A stretch of DNA of 64,000 nucleotides, from the IMG/VR virus record IMGVR_UViG_3300033066_001594. One strand, given 5' to 3'. Under the pieces are notes generated by a model, which did no database searches, was not told the DNA's origin, and saw nothing but the letters and a program-made list of their open reading frames with translations. Positions 18,838 through 28,421 of this stretch are shown here, in pieces. This DNA comes from an uncultured virus (IMG/VR IMGVR_UViG_3300033066_001594). Lineage: Duplodnaviria > Heunggongvirae > Uroviricota > Caudoviricetes. How positions within the stretch are numbered: the first letter of the stretch is position 1; every line of letters begins with the position of its first letter. Position numbers and translations under genes: made by a program.

Positions 18838-19331
18838 GTGATTCGATCATCAATAACCTGTTGACCTGGCCTAACAGGGCGGATGTCCGTGCCTTGTTTC
18901 GACGTCTGACGGAGGACCGCGACTCCGACACCGACCTGGACGTTGAGAACATCATCCGAGCCACTGATGTGATTGCTGCGGCGTTGTCTGGCTTCGGGGA
19001 CACGGCCGGCGGTTCTTACTTCATTCAGAAATGCAGCTCGTACATCGGCTTCAGAGACGCGAGAACAAACGGCAAGGGCTGGCCTCACGGCAAGTGGGCC
19101 GACAAGACTACCAAGTGGATGAGTACAAACGTGAACGGGGTTGTCACGTTCCCGTTCGCGGTGGTCTCACGTACTTTGTCGAACAAGCGGATGCGTGAAA
19201 CGGTTGCAGCTCTGATCGAGCACAGTGCGTGGTTCCAGGTCATGCCCCTGCCCAATGACTTGTACCGGGTCACCGTAAAACTCGAGAACGAGCACCAGTT
19301 GCTGTCCGAGAACTCCAAGACCAATGAGTAA
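18834..19331 (+). CDS. hypothetical phage protein
   Basis: GAGGAG RBS, ATGA-coupled. Confidence 0.6.
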   Translation: MSDSIINNLLTWPNRADVRALFRRLTEDRDSDTDLDVENIIRATDVIAAALSGFGDTAGGSYFIQKCSSYIGFRDARTNGKGWPHGKWADKTTKWMSTNVNGVVTFPFAVVSRTLSNKRMRETVAALIEHSAWFQVMPLPNDLYRVTVKLENEHQLLSENSKTNE

Positions 19332-19494
19332 TCCAACTACCAGCCCGGTGATGACTGAAAAGAAGGCACAACGTCACATGAGGGAGGCCCTGCGGTGGCT
19401 TGCGAAGCAGCGGTGCAACAAGCGTAACTGCGGGACGGTCTGCCTTTGTGAATCCTGCCACGCCAGGAAGGCAATCGAGTATTACGATAAATGA
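19324..19494 (+). CDS. small Cys-rich protein (not in ORF track)
   Basis: MSNPTT...RCNKRNCGTVCLCESCHARKAI, 56 aa. Confidence 0.5.
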   Translation: MSNPTTSPVMTEKKAQRHMREALRWLAKQRCNKRNCGTVCLCESCHARKAIEYYDK

Positions 19495-19531
19495 CAACTT
19501 GGACCCGCGAGACCAGGTGCTGCGGGTATAA

Positions 19532-19741
19532 ATGGAGAAGGCAAGGACATCACGGATGAAGCACATGATGACACTCAGACTGGAATACGCGGACGGTCGA
19601 CCGGCTTTCAAACTCCGAACCAGTGCCTGCACGGTGACGGTCGAGGCCGGCCCGCTCCTCCGGGTCCTGGACGAGCACCGCAACGTGTACCTGGGTGTCA
19701 AGAGCATCACGACGCTGTTCGAGCCTGAACCAAAAGCATAA
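19532..19741 (+). CDS. hypothetical phage protein
   Basis: Tiling ORF. Confidence 0.5.
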   Translation: MEKARTSRMKHMMTLRLEYADGRPAFKLRTSACTVTVEAGPLLRVLDEHRNVYLGVKSITTLFEPEPKA

Positions 19742-19755
19742 GTTTGCAACGATAT

Positions 19756-19809
19756 AGAAGAGACCCGTCTTGACCCGCTTGTCACGCTAGAGGCGGGTTT
19801 CTTCTTTTT
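19756..19809 (+). terminator. intrinsic terminator-like hairpin
   Basis: AGAAGAGACCCGTCT pairs with AGGCGGGTTTCTTCT, followed by Ts. Confidence 0.55.
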
Positions 19810-19820
19810 ACGGAGCTGTC

Positions 19821-20396
19821 ATGGGTAAGAAGACACCGCAGAAGGACGAATGGACTGAGCAGGACAAACGCAGGGCATGGGCATGGGGCTGGGACATCTT
19901 TGACAGGGACTCGTCTGGCAAACTGGAAATCCAGCACCTGACTGATCCGCACGGCGTGGCCGAGGAAGCCGGGGCAGGCCCGTACACGGGTCCGGTCTGG
20001 AATTCGGATGAAGAGGTCGTCGGATCTCTGAAAGTGGCCTCAGCACGGGGCGACGCCTTTGCCACGCACGCTTTGAAGTGTCTGAAGCAGGATTACGATC
20101 GACGATATCGGGAACGACGGAAACGGGATCATGATCGGTTCAAGCTGGCGATGAAGCTTCTGAACACTGCACCCGTGAACTACAAGCGGGTGATCGGCAA
20201 CCTCTCGTCCGATCAGCTGCAGGACCTGCAGAAGCAGCTCACGTGCATGATGCAGGGTGCGGCCCAAGTACTGGGTTACGCGAAGGCTTGTCACAGCGGT
20301 CACGACAAAGCGGTTAAGAGTTGTAATCAGCTCCTGACCACCACGAGGCGTACACTCGGGTTCGGAATGCCGCACGCAGCAAACATCAATTTTTGA
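19821..20396 (+). CDS. hypothetical phage protein
   Basis: GGAG RBS; 191 aa. Confidence 0.65.
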   Translation: MGKKTPQKDEWTEQDKRRAWAWGWDIFDRDSSGKLEIQHLTDPHGVAEEAGAGPYTGPVWNSDEEVVGSLKVASARGDAFATHALKCLKQDYDRRYRERRKRDHDRFKLAMKLLNTAPVNYKRVIGNLSSDQLQDLQKQLTCMMQGAAQVLGYAKACHSGHDKAVKSCNQLLTTTRRTLGFGMPHAANINF

Positions 20397-20409
20397 AAGA
20401 ACACTGTCA

Positions 20410-21213
20410 ATGCAGATCCCGGAACCCCTCCAGCGACTCCTGGACAATGACGCGTTGTTCGTGCTCAACGACAGCGGGGGGAAAGACTCGCAGGCCATGC
20501 GGATCCTCCTCTCTCGCGTCGTACCGGCCTCGCAGCTCCTGGTCGTTCACGCCACGCTCGGCGAGTTCGAGTGGCCAGGTGCCCTGGAGCATGCCCAGCA
20601 AGGTGCCGATCGGTTTGACCTGCCGTTCGTTGTCGCCCGTGCCACCAAGACGTTCTTCGAGATGGTCGAGCGTCGGTACGAGAGCGACAAGACCAGACCG
20701 TGCTGGCCGTCATCCTCCACCCGCCAATGCACCAGTGATCTCAAGCGTGGACCTATCGAGCGGGAAATCCGCGGCTGGGGTGTCAAACAAATCGTCAGCT
20801 GCATGGGGATCAGGGCCGCCGAGTCTCCTAAGCGGTCCAAGCTGGATCCCCTGAAGTTCAGCGGTCGTAATTCCCGGGCTGGCCGCGAGTGGTGGGACTG
20901 GCTTCCGATATTTGACCTGTCGACGGATGAAGTGTTTCGGACGATCGCTGACGCGGGCGAGGAGCCCCACTACGCCTACAAGCTTGGGAACAAGCGGCTG
21001 AGCTGCCTGTTTTGCATCCTCGCCTCCCGGGGAGACCTGCAGAACGCGGCACGTCACCATCCAGACATGTACAGGCAATACGTCGAGCGGGAAGAACGCT
21101 ACGGCTACACCATGCACCAGTCACGCACCTCACTCAAGGTGCTGGTTGAAGGTAAACCTTCCAACGCGTTGGAAAATCCAGACGAGGATCTCCCATGCCT
21201 AAGTCCAGAATGA
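20410..21213 (+). CDS. phosphoadenosine phosphosulfate reductase family protein
   Basis: SGGKDS PP-loop, CTSDLK, GIRAAES..R, LPIFD, RLSCLFC. Confidence 0.85.
   Translation: MQIPEPLQRLLDNDALFVLNDSGGKDSQAMRILLSRVVPASQLLVVHATLGEFEWPGALEHAQQGADRFDLPFVVARATKTFFEMVERRYESDKTRPCWPSSSTRQCTSDLKRGPIEREIRGWGVKQIVSCMGIRAAESPKRSKLDPLKFSGRNSRAGREWWDWLPIFDLSTDEVFRTIADAGEEPHYAYKLGNKRLSCLFCILASRGDLQNAARHHPDMYRQYVEREERYGYTMHQSRTSLKVLVEGKPSNALENPDEDLPCLSPE
21159..21174. promoter_or_regulatory. palindromic site, copy 3 (TTCCAACGCGTTGGAA)
   Basis: Perfect 16-bp palindrome 20 nt upstream of ATG 21195. Confidence 0.6.
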
Positions 21214-21428
21214 CACCCGAAGAGCAGGAAGCACATCGAGTGGCCAGGAACAAAAGACAGCGGCAGTACAACTCACTGGTTCGCCTGGGGTTTACCCCTA
21301 AGCATTGGACCGGGAACGGTTACCGCGTTAGCTGCACCCAGTGTCAGGCCCTGTGCATCAACGGGGTTGCGACACACGAGCAGGGCTGTCCGAACGCCAA
21401 ACGACCACGAGAAGAAGACGAGGATTGA
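21195..21428 (+). CDS. small Zn-binding protein
   Basis: VSCTQCQALCINGVATHEQGCPN. Confidence 0.65.
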   Translation: MPKSRMTPEEQEAHRVARNKRQRQYNSLVRLGFTPKHWTGNGYRVSCTQCQALCINGVATHEQGCPNAKRPREEDED

Positions 21429-21457
21429 CTCCTCGCGGTAATCTAAAGGTGGAGGCA

Positions 21458-21595
21458 ATGATGATTCACCCACGCCGCTCGACATCGGATCTGTCCATGT
21501 CCAGGGTCACCCTGATCCTGCTGGGCTTCGTCCTCTTCTGGATGGTCGTCCAGACCGCCGTTCACACGTACAACAGCTCGCCCGGTTCGTTCTGA
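21458..21595 (+). CDS. small membrane protein
   Basis: GGAGG RBS; one hydrophobic helix. Confidence 0.5.
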   Translation: MMIHPRRSTSDLSMSRVTLILLGFVLFWMVVQTAVHTYNSSPGSF

Positions 21596-21622
21596 GCCCT
21601 CACTTCAATTCAAAGGCAGATC

Positions 21623-21982
21623 ATGCGTCTCTATTCTGAGCTTGCACCGGGTTCTCCGTTTCCACCGTTTCAGCAGATCGTCGAGCAGGGCTACTTTTCG
21701 GGGACACCCGAGCCGGCCCCTGACCTGGAAGATGACGAGGACGCCGACGAAGAAGGGGGCTGCGGTTGCGGCGAGAACTGTGATCGCGGAGCTGGCGACG
21801 CCTGCCCCCTGGACACACTCTATGACAAGGCCGAGTACCTGGGCCTGACCCGACAACGGATTAACGCCCAGCTCATCGTCCCTGGCTCCACGGTTCGTGA
21901 CCAGCTCAGGATCATCTGGAAGGGACACGGCTTTGAAGCGACCTGGAACTTCATCTGCCTGTTCGGGTTGAAACGGCAGTAA
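21623..21982 (+). CDS. hypothetical phage protein
   Basis: Tiling ORF. Confidence 0.55.
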   Translation: MRLYSELAPGSPFPPFQQIVEQGYFSGTPEPAPDLEDDEDADEEGGCGCGENCDRGAGDACPLDTLYDKAEYLGLTRQRINAQLIVPGSTVRDQLRIIWKGHGFEATWNFICLFGLKRQ

Positions 21983-22287
21983 TGCGACTTATCCTCAACG
22001 TGTTTGGGAGACCCATGCGAAGACTTTTGCGTTCTCAGGAAATCGATGCGTTCGAGTTCACCGAGGACATGGGATCGCACACCAGCGTCATTCCCTACTG
22101 GTTCATCGAAGCTATCACGAACGGCAAGCTGGGTACGAAAGACAACAAAACCTGTATCCGGCTCCAGGACGACACGCTCGTCCCTATCCCGGATCACTCC
22201 TGGGTGTTCATCATCAACGGGGCGATCAGCTTCATGGATGAACGGACGCTCAAGCTGCTGACCTATCCACCACTTGGAGGTGCCTGA
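21982..22287 (+). CDS. hypothetical phage protein
   Basis: TAATG-coupled. Confidence 0.55.
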   Translation: MRLILNVFGRPMRRLLRSQEIDAFEFTEDMGSHTSVIPYWFIEAITNGKLGTKDNKTCIRLQDDTLVPIPDHSWVFIINGAISFMDERTLKLLTYPPLGGA

Positions 22288-22556
22288 TGCCACGCATCGA
22301 AATCATTCCCGCGGACTGGGACGAGAGCAGCGGCGACGCTTCGCCTATGTTCGACGTGTGCAGGTCGTGTGCCGACGAGCTGAAAGAGGGAGACGGCGTG
22401 CTCGGTCCGGATCACACGCCGGTAACCGACTTGCTTAGGAAGACCGGCTATGTCGGCGGCCGTATCGGGTCAGACGACGTCGATCACCCGTGCTACAACC
22501 ACCTCTACGACAAGTGCTTCGTCTGTGGCGAGGGCCTGGACGCGGAGAAAGACTGA
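22287..22556 (+). CDS. Zn-finger hypothetical protein
   Basis: CRSC...HP.Y....DKCFVCG. Confidence 0.6.
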   Translation: MPRIEIIPADWDESSGDASPMFDVCRSCADELKEGDGVLGPDHTPVTDLLRKTGYVGGRIGSDDVDHPCYNHLYDKCFVCGEGLDAEKD

Positions 22557-22558
22557 GC

Positions 22559-22993
22559 ATGTCCAACACCGAATTCAAACTTCCTCCCTTGTTGTTTCCT
22601 GATGTGACGGACATCAACAAGCTGTTCGACAGGATCGTACCGGCGGCGGCTTCAAAGCCGGACGATGCGACGCGACCCGCAGCGTACTACCTGGTTGATG
22701 GCGGTGAGCTTCCACACTCAGCGGCCCAGCGTAAACCGGGCGACGTGCCGTTCGGCCCATACTGTTACCGTCACACGCTCGAACAGGGCTACCTGTCTTA
22801 CGACGTACACCCGACTCTCGAATTGGCGACGTGTCTGCAGCGTCGGATGATCTGGGTTGCGTACGACGCGATTCATTTCAAGATCGTCGACCACAAGGAC
22901 AACATGTCGCTCGTGGTCGCAAGCTACAGCCAGATCCTGGGCACGCACTGGCTTTCGTACGTCAGGACGGATTCGATCCCCGTTCGTGAATAA
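22559..22993 (+). CDS. hypothetical phage protein
   Basis: Tiling ORF MSNTEF. Confidence 0.6.
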   Translation: MSNTEFKLPPLLFPDVTDINKLFDRIVPAAASKPDDATRPAAYYLVDGGELPHSAAQRKPGDVPFGPYCYRHTLEQGYLSYDVHPTLELATCLQRRMIWVAYDAIHFKIVDHKDNMSLVVASYSQILGTHWLSYVRTDSIPVRE

Positions 22994-23003
22994 GGAGTGA
23001 ACT

Positions 23004-23495
23004 ATGGCAATCAAAAGCTACTGTCTTCGTATCCAGTCCAAGGACGACGCCCGGTCCGTGCGGTGGCTTGATGACCCGGACAAGAACGAGAGGATGAACC
23101 TCGCACTGGAGGAACTGGCGGCGAGGGCCACGCTCCACGAATGGAACGACTCCAAATGGCAGCTGACCGACAACGACGGGGCGTTGCTCCTCCCACGCCT
23201 CCAGGCCGTGGCCGAGGCGTTTATGCGGTACGGGTTCAAGAGCCTGGTGAACGCGGTCGGCGTACCGTCGTTGTACTCGTTCTACTTCATCACGCCGTTC
23301 GACAATCCAGGGACGAAGCCGGACACGAGTCAGTTTTCGTCCATCTGGCTGGCCGACGGACTGCTCATACAGAGCTGCTCGTCCGTGGTTGTTGAGGTCA
23401 CGAAGGGCGTCGCCCTGTTCACACCCGACAGGGTCATGACCACGGACCCGCTTCAATTCGTGGACGGTCGGCTGATGTGGAAGGAAAAGGCGTGA
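23004..23495 (+). CDS. hypothetical phage protein
   Basis: TAAGGAG RBS. Confidence 0.65.
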   Translation: MAIKSYCLRIQSKDDARSVRWLDDPDKNERMNLALEELAARATLHEWNDSKWQLTDNDGALLLPRLQAVAEAFMRYGFKSLVNAVGVPSLYSFYFITPFDNPGTKPDTSQFSSIWLADGLLIQSCSSVVVEVTKGVALFTPDRVMTTDPLQFVDGRLMWKEKA

Positions 23496-23968
23496 GCACA
23501 CCGCTCCTCCCGTCTCTGGTACTCCGATGTCAGCTGTCCGGTGTGATGGCGATGCGTCATTTGCTGGAGACGTCTGAACGCTGTGACTGGTCACTTGGCT
23601 GTGCTGACAGCCTCCCGTCTCGTACCTTCGACGGTCATTTGTTTCCGCCGCAGCCGTTTCAAGTTCACAGGGAGGGTGTCGAGAGCGAAAAGAACCTTCG
23701 GTCCGTTGTCGGCGACATCCGGATATGGAACACGGCGGTGCCCGCTTCAATGAGCGTGATGACACCAGAAACTCTCAACGGCTACATGTGCACTTGTTTC
23801 TCAGGCGTCCGGTGGAGCCGTCATCCCCATTTCCTCTGGATGGTGCATGTGAACAAGTCAAAGCCTGACACAAGTCTCCACGAGCTGGTGCTCAGCTGGT
23901 TGGTCATCCGAACCTGGTGTGCCATCGCGACGGTCGACGAGCTGGAACATCTGAAACCATTCGCTTAG
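23492..23968 (+). CDS. hypothetical phage protein
   Basis: GTGA-coupled. Confidence 0.5.
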   Translation: MSTPLLPSLVLRCQLSGVMAMRHLLETSERCDWSLGCADSLPSRTFDGHLFPPQPFQVHREGVESEKNLRSVVGDIRIWNTAVPASMSVMTPETLNGYMCTCFSGVRWSRHPHFLWMVHVNKSKPDTSLHELVLSWLVIRTWCAIATVDELEHLKPFA

Positions 23969-23975
23969 GCTTATC

Positions 23976-24152
23976 ATGAAAGAACCTGCAAACATACCGA
24001 TCCTGCAACAGGCCAGGTCTCTGCTGTTGATGGCCAAGAACATGACCCGGTGTGCAAACGCACCAAGGACAACGAACAAGATCCGGTCGTCACTCAAGAG
24101 TGTCGACGGAGCAATTCGCCATGCCCGGTGCGTGCTGAGTCGAAAACCCTGA
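23976..24152 (+). CDS. small basic protein (not in ORF track)
   Basis: MKEPANIP...APRTTNKIRSSLKSVDGAIRHA, 58 aa. Confidence 0.5.
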   Translation: MKEPANIPILQQARSLLLMAKNMTRCANAPRTTNKIRSSLKSVDGAIRHARCVLSRKP

Positions 24153-24326
24153 GTACGACACACGTCATCCTGTGCTTGCTGTTCGCGGTGCTCGGTCTGA
24201 CCGGCTCTGCCCATCTCCTGTTGGTGTGGCGACAGGCCAACCTCTGGGTTAAGATCCAGCACCTCTGCAGCGTCCTGCTGTCCGTTCTGGTCATCGCGTT
24301 CTTTCTCTACCTGTTATGAGGTCACC

Positions 24327-24536
24327 ATGTTCAAGGTGAACGACATCGTTTGTCACAAGGCATCGTTTCTCAAGAGCATCGGCTGGATTACTGACGTCCC
24401 GAAAAACGGCAAGGTTGTCGAGGTCAAGCTCGGCGAACCGCAGCGTGTCATGGTCGAGTGGTGTGACGGTGACACCGTCACCATCCTCTGCAGCAACCTT
24501 GTCCTCGAATCCAAGAAGCACCTTGAGCCGGTATGA
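24327..24536 (+). CDS. small SH3/KOW-like protein
   Basis: MFKVNDIV...GKVV...VEW...NL. Confidence 0.6.
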   Translation: MFKVNDIVCHKASFLKSIGWITDVPKNGKVVEVKLGEPQRVMVEWCDGDTVTILCSNLVLESKKHLEPV

Positions 24537-26659
24537 CCGCCGGCCCTGTCCTTTTACCCCACCTCATCCCTATGCAACGACAAATCACCGACATGTCCGT
24601 CATCGAGCTGGAAAACGCACTCCGGCGGCTTCGTCATCTCTACTACAACACGGACCGTTCCAATTTCCCTAACGACCTGTACGACGCCATGCAGCGTCGT
24701 ATGCGGGTACTGGACCCGACGAGTACCGCGTTGACAGCGGTAGGTGCACCGACCGACCGGTCCAATCACCTGGCCAAGACACGCCACACGTCACACATGG
24801 GGTCGATCGCCAACGCGATGAACCTGGAAGAAGTGAAGGCGTGGTGGGACCGTGTGAACCCACCGCTGGTCATTGGAACGTACAAGGTCGACGGCCTCAG
24901 CTGTCTGATTCGTTACGAGAACGGTGAGCTGATCAGTGTCGCCACGCGGGGCGACGGTATCGAGGGCGACAACATCACGCTCAACGCCCTCTTCATGCGG
25001 GGGCTGCCGACCCGCCTGCCCAAGCTCGCTACGCTGGGCACCATGGTTGAGTTTACGGGTACCGTTCGTGCCGAGCTGATCCTGCCGCTCGAGAGCTGGA
25101 GGAAGCTTGACCCGGACGAGAAGATGGTCCCACGAAACTTTGCATCAGGCCTCGCCCGTCGCAAGACGAACACCGAGGACTGCCAGCACCTGTCGGTCGT
25201 GGCTCACGGTCTGGACTGGCCCGATCACGACCTGTTCACGTGGCGGGATGTGTTTGCCATCCTGTCGTATTTCGGGTTCGAGACACCCGCCCCGCAGCAG
25301 CTCCTGTCGCTGCAGGAGATTGAACAGGCGTTTGACCGTCTGCAGACCGTACGCGGCAGCCTGGCTTATGAGATCGACGGTCTGGTGCTGACGACAGACG
25401 ACCTGAGGGCCTTTAAGACGCTGGGCATTGACGGCGAGAACTGCCCACGCGGGCAGATCGCCTACAAGTTCAAGGCACAGACCGCCGAGAGCACGCTGCA
25501 GGCTGTCGAGGTGAATGTCGGCCATACCGGTGCACTCAACCCGCGGGCGACCCTCGAACCGGTGATCGTCGGCGGGGTGACCATCCGTCATGCCACGCTC
25601 TCAAATTTCAATGAGATCAGACGACTGGGCCTGCGGATCGGCGACCGCGTGGAAGTCTCCAGGCAAGGGGACGTGATTCCCAAGGTGCTGCGTGTCACCA
25701 AGGCCCATCCGTCAGGTCAGTACATCGAGGAGCCGACTGTTTGCCCGGTGTGCGGCAGCCCGGCCACGCGTATCCAGCTCAGCGGCGACAGCGAGGTGCC
25801 GGCGTTCTCGGCCCATATCTACTGCCAGGGCTCGGACTGCCCGGCACAGAGCCTGGGCAAGCTCGAACGCTGGGTCAACAGCCTGAGCATCAAGGATGTC
25901 GGTCCACAGCTTCGACTGGCGTTGATGGACGACTTCACGTTCACGTGGAAAGGCCAGACGCGGCTGTTCAAGACGCCGGCCGATCTCTACCGCCTGACCG
26001 TCGACGAGCTGGCCAAGGTCCCGTTCCCGCCCCGCGAGTCTTCGGACGAAGTTCCTGGGAAGCCCTACGGGAAGGTGCGTGCGGCCAAGGTTATCGCCCA
26101 GATCGAGAAGCGGCGGAAGCTCAAGATCCACGAGGTCGTGGGTTCGCTGGGCGTGAAGCACCTGGGCAAGGGCCGGGCACACAACATCCAGGAGGCCCAG
26201 ACGATCCTCGGCTCCAACTCGCTGTGCGACGACGTCTGGCATTGGCTCTCGGGCTACAAGAAGGGTAATCACATCTACGGCGGCGTGCTGGTCGCTTACG
26301 CCGAAGAGCTGGGCATCAAGAACATGGTGCTGGACATTCAGAACGGCCTGAACGCCCAGATGAGTCTCCTGGAGGACCTGGTCGATGCCGGCGTCGAGAT
26401 CCTGTCTGATGTCATGGACACGCCGGTGACGAACGGCAGGCTCTCGGGTCAGTCGTTCTGCTTCACTCAGGTGCGGATGACCGAGGACGAGAAGGTCAGA
26501 CTCAAAGCATTGGGCGGTGAGGAGAAGAGCGGCGTGTCTGGGGGCCTGACCTACCTCGTGACCAAGAACCCGGATAAGGCGACGACCAAGAGCGACAAGG
26601 CCAAGGAGCTTGGCACGCAGGTCATCAGCTACGAGCAGTTCCAGAAGCTCATCCTGTAA
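24533..26659 (+). CDS. ligA: NAD-dependent DNA ligase
   Basis: YY..D..YD domain Ia, KVDG adenylation motif, ATRGDG..G, EIDGLV, AYKF, OB fold (ATLSN, GDVIP), CPVC Zn finger, C-terminal BRCT. Confidence 0.95.
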   Translation: MTAGPVLLPHLIPMQRQITDMSVIELENALRRLRHLYYNTDRSNFPNDLYDAMQRRMRVLDPTSTALTAVGAPTDRSNHLAKTRHTSHMGSIANAMNLEEVKAWWDRVNPPLVIGTYKVDGLSCLIRYENGELISVATRGDGIEGDNITLNALFMRGLPTRLPKLATLGTMVEFTGTVRAELILPLESWRKLDPDEKMVPRNFASGLARRKTNTEDCQHLSVVAHGLDWPDHDLFTWRDVFAILSYFGFETPAPQQLLSLQEIEQAFDRLQTVRGSLAYEIDGLVLTTDDLRAFKTLGIDGENCPRGQIAYKFKAQTAESTLQAVEVNVGHTGALNPRATLEPVIVGGVTIRHATLSNFNEIRRLGLRIGDRVEVSRQGDVIPKVLRVTKAHPSGQYIEEPTVCPVCGSPATRIQLSGDSEVPAFSAHIYCQGSDCPAQSLGKLERWVNSLSIKDVGPQLRLALMDDFTFTWKGQTRLFKTPADLYRLTVDELAKVPFPPRESSDEVPGKPYGKVRAAKVIAQIEKRRKLKIHEVVGSLGVKHLGKGRAHNIQEAQTILGSNSLCDDVWHWLSGYKKGNHIYGGVLVAYAEELGIKNMVLDIQNGLNAQMSLLEDLVDAGVEILSDVMDTPVTNGRLSGQSFCFTQVRMTEDEKVRLKALGGEEKSGVSGGLTYLVTKNPDKATTKSDKAKELGTQVISYEQFQKLIL

Positions 26660-26697
26660 GGACGTGGTCGACGTCACAGGTTCACCAAGGAGACACC

Positions 26698-27045
26698 ATG
26701 GCTAAGAAAAAGAAACAGACGTTAATCGACATCCTGTACGACAAGGTGCCGGCCACGCACCGGCACTACAAAGGCGGCAAGTACACGGTGATCTGTATCG
26801 GCAAGGTGGAAGCCAACCCGCGATACCGAATGGTCGTTTATCGATGCTGCAAGACGGGTGTCGTGTGGATTCGTCCGCTCGGAGACTTTGAAGCGTGGGT
26901 CGATGACCCGCGGAAGCCAGGCAAGTGGGTTCGACGTTTTAAAAACATCACAAGCGAAGGTTCGAATGGCAAGCCGCGTCCCAAGACTGCTCGTAATCGT
27001 TCAACGGGGACAGGTTGTTCGCGTCGCCACAGACGGGTTGGTTGA
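26698..27045 (+). CDS. DUF1653 domain protein
   Basis: HRHYKGGKY.V...MVVYR...WIRP..DF. Confidence 0.8.
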   Translation: MAKKKKQTLIDILYDKVPATHRHYKGGKYTVICIGKVEANPRYRMVVYRCCKTGVVWIRPLGDFEAWVDDPRKPGKWVRRFKNITSEGSNGKPRPKTARNRSTGTGCSRRHRRVG

Positions 27046-27196
27046 CGTCTGCGTCAAGGACCTGGATGTCCTTAACCGGGCACAGGTTGAAGACGACGTC
27101 GAGGCGTTGAGAGATTACAGGGAATTGTTGTTCAAGCACCCAGTGGAATTTCTACCGCCCGAGGACCTGTCCCAGGCGGCAAAACTCGAAGAGTAG
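26966..27196 (+). CDS. hypothetical phage protein
   Basis: LLVIVQRGQV.V...V.V.D.D. Confidence 0.55.
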   Translation: MASRVPRLLVIVQRGQVVRVATDGLVDVCVKDLDVLNRAQVEDDVEALRDYRELLFKHPVEFLPPEDLSQAAKLEE

Positions 27197-27204
27197 GAGC
27201 ACTC

Positions 27205-27516
27205 GTGTCAAAGTCTGATTACCCAGAGTTTCTGACCTCGCTGATGGCATTGACCGGGAGCCCGCTCCTGCTGCTGGAAGCTGTGATCTCCAACTACAGG
27301 GCCATGCCCGAGCCGGGGGCCGAAGACGTGATCACGTTCCCAGGACCCCGCAGGGCACTGGTCAACAACGTTGCCGTGATTTATTCGCAGCTCGCCGGTG
27401 TACCGACGTACAAGTTCCCGTTCAGTGAAGCAGCGGTCATCGACATGCACACCAAGTTCAGGAAGCTGACGGGTGAACGCAAGACGATGGTGCTGAATCA
27501 CCTGAATTTCAAGTAG
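27205..27516 (+). CDS. hypothetical phage protein
   Basis: AGGAG RBS. Confidence 0.6.
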   Translation: MSKSDYPEFLTSLMALTGSPLLLLEAVISNYRAMPEPGAEDVITFPGPRRALVNNVAVIYSQLAGVPTYKFPFSEAAVIDMHTKFRKLTGERKTMVLNHLNFK

Positions 27517-27524
27517 AGACCTCT

Positions 27525-27743
27525 ATGGCTACAGAAAAAGCGTTCGAAGCCTTTATCTACAAGGACAGGAAGTATTTGTCATTCCCTACCCAGGGCGGGA
27601 TCCACGTGATCGACGATGAGGGTCACAATTTCGGCTCGTACTTCAACCGCTCGTCGTTCAGGAAGATGATTGAAAAGCACGGCGTGTCCTCCCAGATCGT
27701 TGGCAAGGCTGCGTTGACGTTTCAAGTTCGCCCGATGACATAG
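27525..27743 (+). CDS. hypothetical phage protein
   Basis: Tiling ORF. Confidence 0.55.
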   Translation: MATEKAFEAFIYKDRKYLSFPTQGGIHVIDDEGHNFGSYFNRSSFRKMIEKHGVSSQIVGKAALTFQVRPMT

Positions 27744-27759
27744 CCGGCCAGGAGCCGTC

Positions 27760-28149
27760 ATGAAGATCGTCTACGAAGTGGGTGACGTGGTGCTCCTCCC
27801 TGCCCGGGGCACCCGTCACAGGATCGTCTCGCAGTTCCATGCGATCGATCCGGTCCTTGGCATCGCCGGCGACTACCAGTACCTGAGCCTGGAACCCCCT
27901 GGACCTTCCGACGTGTTTGATGCGACAGACGCCCGTCGCGTCATCCCGCTGCTGACCGGGTTTCTTTACTACCACCAGCAGCGGCCGGTGGGCGTCGCCG
28001 TCAGCAGCATCAGCCCCGAGGACGCGGCTCCGGGTCTCTCTGCGATGCAGGCCGGTGGTCTACAGGTGTACGGCATTCCCGTGCACCTGGACTTCACGTC
28101 TGCCACACGCCAGACGTTTGTGCTGGTCGCCGGCAGCTGGTTTCGATAG
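27760..28149 (+). CDS. hypothetical phage protein
   Basis: AGGAG RBS. Confidence 0.6.
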   Translation: MKIVYEVGDVVLLPARGTRHRIVSQFHAIDPVLGIAGDYQYLSLEPPGPSDVFDATDARRVIPLLTGFLYYHQQRPVGVAVSSISPEDAAPGLSAMQAGGLQVYGIPVHLDFTSATRQTFVLVAGSWFR

Positions 28150-28187
28150 CTTCCCATTTTTGGGCTGCACATCGTTACCATGGCAGC

Positions 28188-28418
28188 ATGAGTCAACCTG
28201 ATACCACACTGGACCTTGATATCATCGAAGAGCGGCGGGCGGTCGAACGGGCCGCTACCGTCACGGCTTCGGCTCCGTTTACCGTGGTGCGGCCCAAGCG
28301 GTACCGCATCACGTTCTTTGGTATGGCCTATGTCGAGAGTTTCACGCAGCCACAGATTCGTCCGCTGGCTCGCTGGATTCTGTCCAAGCTCGGCATCGTG
28401 ATTTCAATCGAGGGCTGA
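28188..28418 (+). CDS. hypothetical phage protein
   Basis: TACCAT-N6-ATG, no SD. Confidence 0.55.
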   Translation: MSQPDTTLDLDIIEERRAVERAATVTASAPFTVVRPKRYRITFFGMAYVESFTQPQIRPLARWILSKLGIVISIEG

Positions 28419-28421
28419 GCC

